From Piromyces finnis finn (lineage: Eukaryota; Fungi; Neocallimastigomycota): a stretch of 64,000 bases of DNA. How positions within the stretch are numbered: position 1 is the first letter of the stretch; every line of letters begins with the position of its first letter. The stretch lies in assembly GCA_002104945.1 (NCBI GenBank), contig MCFH01000014.1:1-64000 (forward strand). Direction: 5' to 3'. The position numbers were made by a program, and so were the translations under genes. Below are positions 21,984-33,699 of this stretch, piece after piece. The notes under the pieces were generated by a model, which was not told where the DNA came from, did not search any database, and worked only from the letters and a program-made list of their open reading frames with translations.

Positions 21984-24900
21984 GTGGGAGAAGAAGCACT
22001 CCCATCGTCAATAAAATAGCTTCAGCTCAGTATCAGTCAATGCCAAGTGAAGAAACAACAAGCCAGAGTGATTGGTCGAAAAAAGAATATGATGAAGAAA
22101 TCTAAAGTGACTTTGAAGATACTGATATTAATGAACAGTTCTTTGTATGTGCTAATAAAAGGAAGTTGGATAAAATAAGCAAAGAACAAGATGATAATAA
22201 AGAAAAACGACTTCACAAAAACTTGAAAAATGATCCTAGACCTATTCTTACACCTGCTCTTAGGAAACGTAAAGCACAAGAATTAGAAAATATACCAATA
22301 GATATTTCTCCTAAGCAACTGCATCCTTCTATTATTGCTCAACCGAATATCAGAGAACAAAAACTAAAAGAAAGAAAACTTCGGGATAAAGAGCGTGCTA
22401 GTAGTAGTGAACAAAAGGAAGAAGAAAAGAATGAATTGGCAAGTTCTAATGAAGATCCTATTATTATCGACTATGATGAAGAAGAAATGTTATCTGCAGT
22501 TACAGATAAGAAAGGTGCTAAGGTGGTAGAGAAAGATAACACAAGTGAATCAACCAAATCTACTTCTAATTCAACTCTAAATAAATTAATGAAAGAGCAA
22601 AAGAAAGAAAAACCTGCAGAATCGAAGGTTAAGAAAACTGCTAGAAATATTCAAATGATAGCAGATACGGAAGAATATAATGTAGTTAAAGATCTTAACG
22701 AAACAAAATGCAATATTACTTTTGGTCAATTACTTAACTCGGCTCCAAAGTTACGAACGCAAGTGTCACAAGGTCTTAAACTGGAAAAGAATAACACAAA
22801 AATTGTGGGAACTCTGGAGAATTTTAATGCTACTTCGGTATTAGTAAATAATGTAGATCATTCGTATGTAAGCAAAAGTAAAGAAGTATCAGAAGAAGAT
22901 ATCGCTATGGTAGATGCAACAGTTGATGGGGTACCAGGTAAATTATTAGTTGATTCCTGTAGCAACTTAAGTATTATAACAAAAAAATATTTAGATAAAC
23001 TTCCCCATCAATATGAATCTATTGGATTGAGTTGTGGAAGAATACGTTTAGCTACTAAAAATGATGACTATTCGGAAGGCATAATTATTAGAGTACCGGT
23101 CCAGATAAATGATCTTACAATCACTGCTGATTTTAGAGTGGTGGATAAAGAAGACCCCTTTTATGATATGTTAATTAATTTGAAAACCCAAATGGATAAC
23201 AACTTATTTATCCACCCACTTCGCTATAGTCTTTGCAGATTTAATTCAAATGGATTTATTGAAGATATTGCTCCAATTAATAACAAATATGATGATGAAG
23301 AAAAGATTATGTGTATGATACGTAGAGTCGGTGATGAAGATTTTAAAAGTGATTTGAAAAATATTGAAGGTTTACCACCTTCAGAATATATTCACAATAA
23401 AAATTTTACTGAGACTCTTAATGAAAAGTATCGAGAACAAATTGTTCGGATATTGGAAGAGAATATTGAAATTATTGCTACTTCTTCTGAAGAACTAACA
23501 CCTTCGAATTTAACTCCCCATAAGATTAATTTAAAGCCAGGAGCAAAGCCAATTAAACAAAGATCATATAGGTTAGCCAAGTTCAAATCTGATATACTTA
23601 AGGAAGAATTGTCTAAATTGATTAATAAAAAGCTAATTGAGCCATCGTACTCGGAATGGTCTTCTCCAGTGGTTTTGGTCCCGAAGCATAATGGGAAATG
23701 GAGAATGTGCGTGGACTATCGAAGAGTTAATGATTTGTCTGAAAAGGATGCCTATTCAATTCCTTTTATAGATGAGATATTTGATAGTTTACATGGTGCA
23801 ACTATATTCACTACTATGAACTTATATTCCGGCTATCATCAAATCCTTATGGATGAAGAAAGCGTTGAATTGACAAGTTTTACAACTAAGTTTGGAAATT
23901 ACCAATTCAAGGTTATGCCTTTTGGTCTCACTGGAGCACCCGCTACATTTCAGAGGGAGATGAATCGGATTCTGTTTCCGTTAATTGGAAAGTGTGTTTA
24001 TAACTTCATTGATGATATTCTGATCTATTCAAAGAGTATTGAAGAACATATTGAACATATAAATCAAGTTTTAGCAATTTTCCGGAAAAACAAACTAAAA
24101 ATCAATATTGAAAAATGTCATTTTATGCAAACTGAAGTTGACGTGTTAGGCCATCGTTTAACTACAGAAGGTCTTAAACCATTAGATAACAAAATCCAAG
24201 CTATAAAAAATTGGAAACCTCCTTCGAATATCCATGAATTAAAATCATTCCTAGGTTCAATTGGATATTATAGAGATTTTATTCCTAATTATGCTAAACT
24301 TACTGCTCCCTTGTGTAAGCTGCTTAGAAAAGGTGTTCCTTTCAAATGGTGTAATGAACAACAAGAGAGTTTTATTATATTGAAAGAAAAGTTAATTAAT
24401 GCGCCTATTCTGAAATTCCCTGATTTTGAGAAAGAATTTATAATCCGAACAGATGCATCGTATGAAGGAATCGGAGGAGTATTATTACAAAAGGAAGGTA
24501 CCGATATTGAACATCCAATTCATTATATTAGCCGAAGTCTGACGAAAGCAGAAAAAAATTATTGAATTACTGACTTGGAAGGGACTGCCTTATTTTACTG
24601 CATTACTAAATTAAAGCCTTATATAATGGGAAGTCCATTCAAGACTATCGTCTATACTGATCATAAACCATTAATTGGATTATTTAAAAATAAGGAGCCA
24701 AACAATGCAAGACAAACAAGATGGTGTTTAACAGCTAGTATGCTAGGAGTTGATATTCGTTATGAACAAGGTAAAAAGAATGTTGTAGCAGATGCACTGT
24801 CTCGAATGAGAAATGACAAAGATAAGGAAGTGTTAGTTACTAAAATTAATAAAGGTATAGAAGAAACCATGCTATCTAAGGTAATTAAAGAATTTGTTGA

Positions 24901-26026
24901 AGAAAAGTTCACCAAAATAGATGGGGTGGATTACTTTATTGATGGAAGGAATTATCGAAAACTGATCACGGAAACCAATGAAAAGCTGAAATTGATTTTG
25001 GAAGCTCATAACATTGGACATGAAGGATATTATAAAACTTATCAACGTCTGAGAAAAAGCTATTATTGGAACGACATGGTTAATGATATTCGAAGAGTTG
25101 TAGCCAAATGTGAAAAATGCCAACTTAATCGCCCTCAACCATATCCAGAACCTACGGAAAATCTTCCAACTGAGGTTGAAGCTCCTTTCACTCATCTGGG
25201 TTTAGATATCATTGGTCCATTAGTAAAAACTCGTAACAATAACCAATATATTATAGTTGCAGTGGATCATTTCACAAAATGGGTCGAAGCAGAACCCACC
25301 GAAAATATCACTTCAAAGGATGTCATAAAATTTTTAATCAATGTTTTCTCTCGACATGGAGTACCACAAGTCATTACAACCGATAACGGTGTCCAATTTA
25401 CCTCAGATATGACCAAAGTTTTCCTGGACTTATATGATGTCTATGTCAAGTTTGTCTCAACTTATCATCCTGAAAGTAATGGTTTGACTGAAAATAGAAA
25501 CAAAGAAATTGGAAAGCTTCTAAGACTGCTTGGAACAGAAAACAAGGATTGGGATGAAGTTTTGCCTTCTGCTCTTTGGGCGCTCAGAACTACTAAAAAT
25601 ACTGTCACAAACCATTCTAGTTTTGAATTGGTTTATGGAAGAGAAGATCAGCAACCCTTTGATATTGCCGCCAGACCTACTAAGGGTATTAATCAGTCTT
25701 CGGATGAAATCTTACTTGAGAAGTTTATTAATCATTACAGGTGGACGTTGGAAGCTTGTGAAAATATTAAAAATGCGAATAAATACTGGGCTACTAGAAG
25801 GGAAGAAAAACAAAGTATGACTAAGGGCAAAAATATCCATATCGGTGATCTAGTATTAGTTAGAAATTTTAATCGAACGAAGTTAGAGCCTTATTTCGTT
25901 GGACCACTCAAAGTTGTCAAGAAACAATTCAATACGGTTACTTTAGCTGATATATCCACTGGAATTCAGATGAACCGAAATGTTCATCTTAAGAACATTG
26001 TAAAGTTTAACTCTGCTTTTGCGTAA
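21968..26026 (+). pseudogene. pol: C Pol (protease, RT, RNase H, integrase; no chromodomain, no env)
   Basis: In-frame stops TAA 22103-22105 and TGA 24563-24565. RT motif A reads TTMNL (N at the catalytic D position), FIDD intact; protease LVDSCS; integrase core present. Confidence 0.9.
21971..22023 (+). promoter_or_regulatory. -1 programmed ribosomal frameshift signal (U_UUA_AAU plus H-type pseudoknot)
   Basis: Slippery heptamer in gag frame at 21971-21977, 6-nt spacer, S1 gtgggag/ctcccat, S2 gaagc/gcttc; the pol frame is -1 and open from 21968. Confidence 0.85.
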
Positions 26027-26049
26027 GCAAGAGTCTTCGTGGGGGCACT

Positions 26050-26755
26050 TGTTAAGGAACCAACAAATAATGTTATTCTTGTCATAATTAATGATTATGA
26101 CCTAATCCATTATTGTTCCTAAATATATGAAAACTTTACAATATTCTTATTTGTAAATTAATGTATACACTTAAATTATATTTAAAATTATTAATAATTA
26201 TTTTTATTGAACTTAAATTTTATTTTATTAAACTTAAAAATTAATTTAGTAATAATAATATATTGAAAATTATAGTTTATTGAACTTTTAGTTTAATTTA
26301 TCAAGTTAATGAATTTTTATTAATTAAAATTATGAATAATATTTCTGTAAAATAGTAAAATTCTTTAGTTAAATATATTTAAAGTAAACTTTTAATGTAT
26401 GTTAATCAATTTAATAATATGTATAAATATTTATTATAATAGTAATGTAATTTTATTATTCATTTAAAAGTAATTTAAATACTAAAATTAATGTAAATAA
26501 TTAAAGACTAATTCTTTTAATTAACACTACTTAATTTTTTACAAAAAGTATAAAAAGGTGTATATTATAAGAATTAGAGAATATACAGATATTTTTATTT
26601 TTATTTTTATTTTATTTTATAATTTTATATTAATATCTTAATAAAACAATTTTATTAATAAAACAATTTTTCTTATTTCATTTTAATATTATTTTTGAGT
26701 ATTAATAAATTTATTAATATTTTATAAATAAAAGTAAATTCCTCGAACCGTAACA
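26050..26755 (+). repeat. C 3' LTR
   Basis: Direct repeat of 18893-19581. Confidence 0.95.
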
Positions 26756-27571
26756 TTCTGATAAATAATGAAACTAATAAATATAAAATTATTATTAAAC
26801 CTGATTTTTAAGTTAACCCTAAAAGTAACTTAAAACAAGTTATAGTTTAATTAAGTACTTTACCAAAATTCTTAAATAAAATTAATCCTAAACACTGCAT
26901 ATATTTTGATTATTGAAAGAAAATAATAAACTTTAATTAATCGAGATCAAAATATATAACTCTTGTTAAATTAATTGTTAAATTAAATATTTAATAACTT
27001 CGTTAGTAAATTACACTTTAAAAGTAAACAAATATAATAATTCATGTTATAAAATAATATAATTAAACACCTTTATTAAAACATTAAAAATAATTATTAC
27101 TTTAATTAATTGTAAAAATAAACAACTTTTTATATTCTTTAACTTTTAATTATTTCTTTTATTGTTATTTCTAATTACTTTTATTGTAAATAGTTATTGA
27201 TTTTATTGTTTTAATGTAAATAGTTTAAATTTAAAAGAAAATATAAATACATGTAAATATTCTTATTTTAATCATTATTATTATTATTAATAAAGAAATA
27301 TTATATAGTTAGATTAATATTTTATAATTTTAATAATCACTTTTATACTTAAATAAATAAAATTTTAAATATTTAAATATTAGAAAAACAAGTGTTTCTA
27401 ATAAAACAATTTAGTGTTTTAACAAAACAATTTTATTAATTTTTATAAAAACGATCTTAAATCTTAATCAATATAACTTATATAGTTATAACAAAAGATA
27501 TAATATAATAATCACTTTTTGAAGTAAAATTCAAAATTAAGATTATTATCAAATTATATCAATTCGTTACA
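26756..27571 (-). mobile_element. Non-coding end of another LTR element (G) inserted into F1; continues at 18274-18892 beyond C
   Basis: Minus strand begins tgtaacgaattg at 27571, abruptly abutting the RNase H codons of F1; continuity across C follows from the ttct TSD. Orientation and LTR length are uncertain. Confidence 0.5.
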
Positions 27572-29389
27572 TTACCCAATTTACGACAAGGAACTCCTTG
27601 CTATCAAAGAAGCCTTTCAGACCTGGAGGCACCATCTTGAAGGTGCCAATCACCAAATCACTGTCTTCTCCGATCATCGTAATCTTCTTTTTGAGAGTAA
27701 ACCAGATCATCTTTCCCAACGTCATATCCGCTGGAGTATCTTCTTCTCTCGTTTTGATTTTGTTATTAAATACAAACTTGGTTCGAAGAATAGAGCTGAT
27801 TGCTTGTCTCGTAGATCTGATTATAAACATAAAGTTTCTAATTCAGGTTCAATTCTTAACACTTCTAATTTCACTAGCATTTCCTCCGTTATTTCTCTAA
27901 GTGATAGCTCTCTATTAGAAAAGATTCGTTCAGCCCTACCTTTAGATCCTTACTTCAATTCTACAAACAACTCCAGAAGACTTAATCTCCCCAATTCTCC
28001 TTTCACTTTCAAGGATGGTATTCTTCTTTACAACTTTAAGATTTACATTCCCGAAGTCCTTCGTGTTGAAATTCTTCAATCCCATCATAATTCCCCTTCT
28101 TCCGGACATTTCGGTATTAGGAAAACTCTCGAACTTATTAGTAGAAACTTTTGGTGGAAGAGCTTGAGGGGGGATGTACGCAGATTTGTAAATTCATGCG
28201 ATATGTGTAATAGAAACAAAAACAGCAATCATAAACCATATGGATTTCTTCAATCACTCTCAATACCCGAAAAACAATGGTCTTCAATATCTCTTGATTT
28301 CATTACAGATCTACCAAAATCGAACAATTATTCTGCTATCCTAACAGTGGTGGATAGATTATCGAAGATGGTTCATTTCATTCCAATTAGAAAGCTTCCC
28401 TCAGCTGAAGAAACTGCACAACTTATCTTGGATAATGTATTCAGACTACATGGTATTCCAAAGGAAATTATATCAGATCGCGGTAGACAATTCAATTCCA
28501 AATTCTTCCAACATTTTTGTAAGCTGCTGCACTGTGAATCTGTAACGAAATATTATAATAATAAACACACACACTCTAATGTAATCAAGTATATATATTT
28601 TTTTTAATAATGTTTATTTATTAAATTTATTATTATAATACGACTAACTCGCTAGGTCAGTGTATTATCAAACTAAAGACGAAACAAAAAAAACTAATTT
28701 TTATTAATTATTAATAAAAACACTAAAGAACTATTTTATCTTTCTTATTCTCTCTTTTATACATGAAAATTATTTTTTTAATACAATTTGATAAGTGAAT
28801 TAATTACTTAATGATTGGTTATAAAAATATAATTATGAAATTTTCATTAATCTAACCTTAATGATTTTCTAGTCTAACCCTTATCATTAGATATACCTCA
28901 TTACAGAATCTAAACTTTCAGCTGCTCATCACCAACAGACTGACGGGCAAACGGAAAGGCTTAATAGTATAATTAAACAATATCTCATGTGTTTCACTAA
29001 TAGTAAACATTCTGACTGGAGTTCGTATATTTCACTTGCAGAATTTGCCTATAACAATGCTATTCAGGAATCCATTAAAATGTCATCTTTCAAGGCCAAC
29101 TTAAAGTATGATCCAGAATTCTTAATTGATCTTCCAATAACGTCTCTAGTTCCTGAAGCGGAAAAAGTTGTATGTGACATTGGTACGACACTTGACAAAC
29201 TAAAGGAAAATATGAAAGAATCCCAAGAAAAGTTTAAAGAATATGCTGATAAGAAAAGACAAGAGCCTCCCAGTTTAAATGTAAAGAAATTAGATCCTAG
29301 GAAATCGGGGCCATATGAAATTATTGAATGATTGGAAAATCAAAATTTCAAGTTAAAATTATCCAAACAGCTTCCGCTTTCATTGATAA
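27572..29389 (+). pseudogene. pol: F1: decayed gypsy pol fragment (RNase H to integrase GPY), split by solo LTR J
   Basis: YPIYDKELLAI, HNSPSSGH..CDMC, then after removing J: HCESKLSAAHHQQTDGQTERLN; frameshift, internal deletion and stop. Confidence 0.85.
28541..28905. repeat. Solo LTR J (365 bp)
   Basis: tgtaacg...ttaca flanked by TSD gaatc (28536-28540 and 28906-28910); removal restores the integrase frame. Confidence 0.9.
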
Positions 29390-29540
29390 TATATTTCGTC
29401 TTCACGGGTTACCTTCTTCTATTATAACTGATAGAGGTTCTCAATTTACCTCTAAATTTTTCCAATCTATTTGTTCTTCCCTTATTATTGATCTTAAGTT
29501 TTCTACTCCATTCCATCATCAATCTAATGGTCAGACGGAG
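29375..29540 (+). pseudogene. F2: second integrase core fragment fused to F1
   Basis: QTASAFIDNIFRLHGLPSSIITDRGSQF...HHQSNGQTE; differs from the equivalent F1 segment and ends abruptly at tgtaatg (29541). Confidence 0.75.
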
Positions 29541-29552
29541 TGTAATGAATAC

Positions 29553-30048
29553 TGTAAAAGGTTTTTTATATTATTAGTTAATAAGTTACTAATTAGTTAA
29601 TTAAGTTAGTTATTACCTCTCTATACGAGTTAATAACTAAATAAAGTTTTATAAAAAATAATAAAAGAAAGAAAATAAATATTATAACACTAAAATAAAT
29701 ATAAACACTTATATAAATATTTTATGAAATAACTTTTACTTAAATAATTATATTTTAATTATATCTTTTATTTATTTATTATAATTATAATACATTAATT
29801 ATTATTATAGCTATTAATTTACTTTAATACTAACGCTAAAGTATTTAACGTTAGTTTTAACTATACTATTTAACTATATTAGTTTATTTTCTTTACCACT
29901 TGATTGGGTAAAGGAAATAAACTTCCTATTTAATTAATAACCATTAATATATGGTTATACATATATCTGGCCAATAAATGGTGACCAGAATATATGGTTT
30001 CAATTGAAATATTTGTGGGCAAACTTATGGCCACAAATATTTCTTACA
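29553..30048 (-). repeat. Solo LTR of family E (496 bp)
   Basis: About 98% identical to 43225-43719; aatac on the left (29548-29552) and, after removing D1, aatac on the right. Confidence 0.9.
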
Positions 30049-30049
30049 A

Positions 30050-30871
30050 TGTAAGAATTAATAATTATTTATTGAATAATTATTAATTCTTATTTAATTA
30101 TTTTTTTAATTATTAAATTAATTAATTATTTAAATTATTAGCATACATTCATTTAAATTACTATAAACAGTTATTTATATTAATATTAATTATTCATTTA
30201 CTAAATGTAAAATTTATTTAATTATTATATTAATTAATTATTTATTTAATTTAGTAATTTATCTAAAATAATAGTAAACATTCATTTATTCTATTATTTA
30301 ATAATTTTTGTATTACATTTTATAAGAAACATTATGTATTTTATTTTACGTTTGTATTTTATATTTATGTATCGTATCTTGAAATAACTTATAGAAACAA
30401 CTAGAAGATATAAATAAATATTAGGACAATCGGATATTAAGGTTTTTCCGAATTTTATTCGGTTTTACTTAATATTACGATGATTGATATATTAGTTATC
30501 AATCGAATATCTTTTTAGGTTTTTCTTCTAGTCTTTTCCTAAAAAGATTATTTGTTAAGATTAGAAATTTTTTATTAAACTTTAAATTATTAAAAAATTA
30601 TAAATAAAAGAACTCTGGAATACCACTTAAAAATCCAGAGTTATTATTATAAGAACTATTATAATAAATAACCTTTATTAAAATAATATTAATAAAATAT
30701 TTTAAATTAATTAACATTAAAAGTTTTGTGTTGTTTATTATACTTCCTTATAATAAACTCTTATTAAGATAAGTATAAAATTTTATTTTAACTTCTCAGT
30801 TTAATAATACTAATTATTATTAAATTGAAGATAATAATTATTATTATATAATATATATAATAATTATTACA
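30050..30871 (+). repeat. D1 5' LTR
   Basis: TG...CA; TATAAATA at 30599-30606; predicted TSS near 30637. Confidence 0.93.
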
Positions 30872-30882
30872 ATAATAACTCT
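30872..30882 (+). promoter_or_regulatory. D1 self-priming PBS (ataataactct)
   Basis: Exact reverse complement of agagttattat at 30637-30647. Confidence 0.8.
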
Positions 30883-31418
30883 CCTACATCAGATTGTTTA
30901 ATAATTATTATTTTATTGGCATTAGAATTTCAATTCACAATATAAAATTTTGCAAAAAATAAATAAATACAATATATTAATAATTAATAATACATAAAAA
31001 AAAAAAAAAATTTACCAATAAAAAAAAAAAAATATATATATATATATATTACCAATCAATATATAAAAAAAAAAAAAAAAAAAAAAAAAATTTTTTTTTA
31101 CCAATCAAATGTATAAAAAAAAAAAAATTTTTTTAAATTCTTTGCCAATTAATTAGATATTATTGAAATTATATATAAAAAGTTAAATTTTCAAAAAAAA
31201 AAAATTTGATAATAATAGTAATAATAATAGATAACAATAATAACAATAACAAAAGATATATAAACTGTATTATATTATAAAATATCAATATTTTCACAAA
31301 TAAGATATACTACAATACTACAGTATTAGTAAAAAAAAATATATAATAATAATATCAATAAATAATATTTTATTCTACACTGATCTTATTTTATTTTTAT
31401 AATTTAAAAATAGATAAT

Positions 31419-32368
31419 ATGGAATTCAATAGTAATAGTCAAGACATACAAGAAAATACTCCAAGGAGCGATAAGGCAACTGTTGAAACTTCCAAATTAA
31501 TAGCTACCCTAACAGATATTCTACCAGCATTCCTCTCGCCTAATGGGATTCTTGCAAAAGAATCAGAAACTCAAGACGCGCCTAACTTATTGGAAATTAT
31601 TGCTCAGAGTGAGGATTTCTTCGCAGAACATCCTAACTCTTTCTTGAGCGACGACAATAAGAGTTCCTTCATCATAAACAAGTTACATGGAACCACAAGG
31701 AAATGGGGGCTATCTCTATTAGCCGATGGAACTCTGAAGAATCTAAGTTATGATAATTTTAAGGAACTACTTTTAAGGAACTTTGATGGAGGGGATAGCA
31801 GAAAAGAAAAATATGTTCTCATGGAAAAGCTATGGAAGTTAAAGCAGCAACAGTTGGGGAAAGTAACTGACTACACTATTGAATTCCGCCGCATCGCAAG
31901 TAGGATAGGATGGCAAGACGAAGTTTTCATTGATATTATTGGAAAGGGCCTACTAGATCGAGTCCGCGAAGAGTATGACAAGATTGAAAAACCAAGAACC
32001 TTGTTTGAGGCTACCAATGCTATCATAGGTATCGATAGGAAATGCTACTTAGAAAGTTATATCAGACACAAACCAAGTAAAATTCATGGAAAACATCATA
32101 AATCTTTTGGAAGGAAAAAGCACGACTTAACTAAAGTTGAGAATAAGTTTACATCGTTCAACCAAAGAAAGGGCAAGACTAAGAGTGAAATTTTATCAGC
32201 AAATTACACTCCTAATAACAAAACCTCAATGACAACTGTTTTCACTATTCACATAAAGGGAAAAGTCATCAAATGTAATTTTTTGATTGACTCAGGATCT
32301 GCGAAAAGCTTTATCTGCCGAACCTTTGCTACCAACAACAAATTACCAACTTCAGGTCTCACCTCTCC
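31419..32368 (+). pseudogene. gag: D1 Gag and protease N-half
   Basis: ATG at 31419; retrotransposon gag-like region; FLIDSGS active site; joins in frame to 39246 (...GLTSPINIQLPNSKNM...). Confidence 0.9.
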
Positions 32369-33120
32369 TGTAAAGATATAATATATATCTTTAGATTATT
32401 TAATAATTAACTATTAATTATTAAATAATAAATTAATATTTATTAAAATTAACTATGAAATTTTTAATATTCAATGGAATAATTTAATAATAAATTATTT
32501 TATAATAATTCCGTCAAAATTAAATAAAGATAAATATTTAAATTTAAGGAACAAAAGAATCTTAATTAAATTTAAATATTTCAAATATTTTAAATATTCA
32601 TAATAACTTTAAATACTTTTTATTTAATTTTAGAATAGTTTAATAATAATATACTTTCTTATTTAAATTTAGAATAGTTTAATAATTTTAACTGAGTTTT
32701 AAAAATAGATGTGTTTATATTTCAATAGGAAATATATTAAGAATAGTATTGATAATATTAAATTAATTTATAGATAATACCTGAGCTTTATTCAATTTTG
32801 AGTTTACTCAAATTAAATTAAAAGTATAATGAATTAGTTTTAGTTTAGTTTTATTATTTTATTATTTAATTAGATTAGTTTTGTTTATTTTATATTAAAT
32901 ATATGTTTATTTAAATAGAATAATATATTAGAATATAATTATGAAAAAATATAAATACATGTAAATTTTATCAATTGAATCGATGTAATTGTTATTTTAT
33001 TTCTAACCATTAATAAAGAAGATAATTTTTAAAAAAAAAGAAACTCCTATTTTTATTTTATCGTGTGTTTAATTGTTTTATTGTTAAATATATAATCTGT
33101 TTTAAGATTAATATTTTACA
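32369..33120 (+). repeat. A2 5' LTR
   Basis: tgtaaagatata...tattttaca; TATAAA at 32950. Confidence 0.95.
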
Positions 33121-33131
33121 ATAACAATTAC
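33121..33131 (+). promoter_or_regulatory. A2 self-priming PBS (ataacaattac)
   Basis: Reverse complement of gtaattgttat at 32985-32995. Confidence 0.85.
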
Positions 33132-33646
33132 CTTTTATTTTAAAAAAACACGTTATATTTTAATAATAAAACAATTTTATCTTTGAAACTACTGGAACTT
33201 TTGGTGAATCCGAAGTTGTGGAACTGCTACTGTGATTTAAAAGCTTACGGAAATTTTCTTTCTACTTGGAACTCTAGGAATTCTTTTTACTTAGATATTT
33301 AGAGGAATTCCCTTTGTGTAACGTTTACTTTGATCTTTAGAAGATATTTTTATAATTATTCTCTCGTGGAATTCTCTTTGTGTAACGAAAACTCAACCGT
33401 TGATACAAAAGTTATTTTTTCGATTAATTATTTTATACTATTAAAGATCTCGACGACACCGTTTGATAGGATAGAGTCAGATCGACGTCTTTAAATATAG
33501 TATATTATCAATTTAATTGAAAAAGGGTAACTTATAAGAGTATTTTGTGATAATACAAAAATAAAATTTTATATATTAATGAATTTTTTGACAAGCTATT
33601 AAAGAAAGAATAAATTTTGTATCTTTAAAAGCTTCTTAATTTTGAT

Positions 33647-33686
<40 letters not shown>

Positions 33687-33699
33687 CCATATTTTCAAA

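Larger units (their letters stand above)
18893..26755 (+). mobile_element. Full-length non-chromoviral Ty3/gypsy element C, tRNA-primed and inactivated by point mutations
   Basis: LTRs 18893-19581 and 26050-26755 (689/706 bp; 17-bp duplication in the 3' LTR); 4-bp TSD ttct at 18889-18892 and 26756-26759; tRNA PBS; gggggc tract before the 3' LTR. Confidence 0.95.

Noticed and set aside
24563-24565. Programmed stop read-through in C pol
   Set aside because: The stop lies inside the conserved RNase H motif (KNY-x-ITDLE), and the copy has a second stop and an RT D-to-N change, so decay is the simpler reading.
21968-26026. RIP-like hypermutation of C
   Set aside because: Only a handful of lesions, and the near-identical repeats B1/B2 and the LTR pairs show no C-to-T burst.
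26027-26049. env-like third ORF in C
   Set aside because: Only 23 nt separate the pol stop from the 3' LTR.
27174-27571. G LTR ending at 27185 with a self-priming PBS
   Set aside because: The required complementary segment is not present in 27185-27571, so the boundary cannot be supported.
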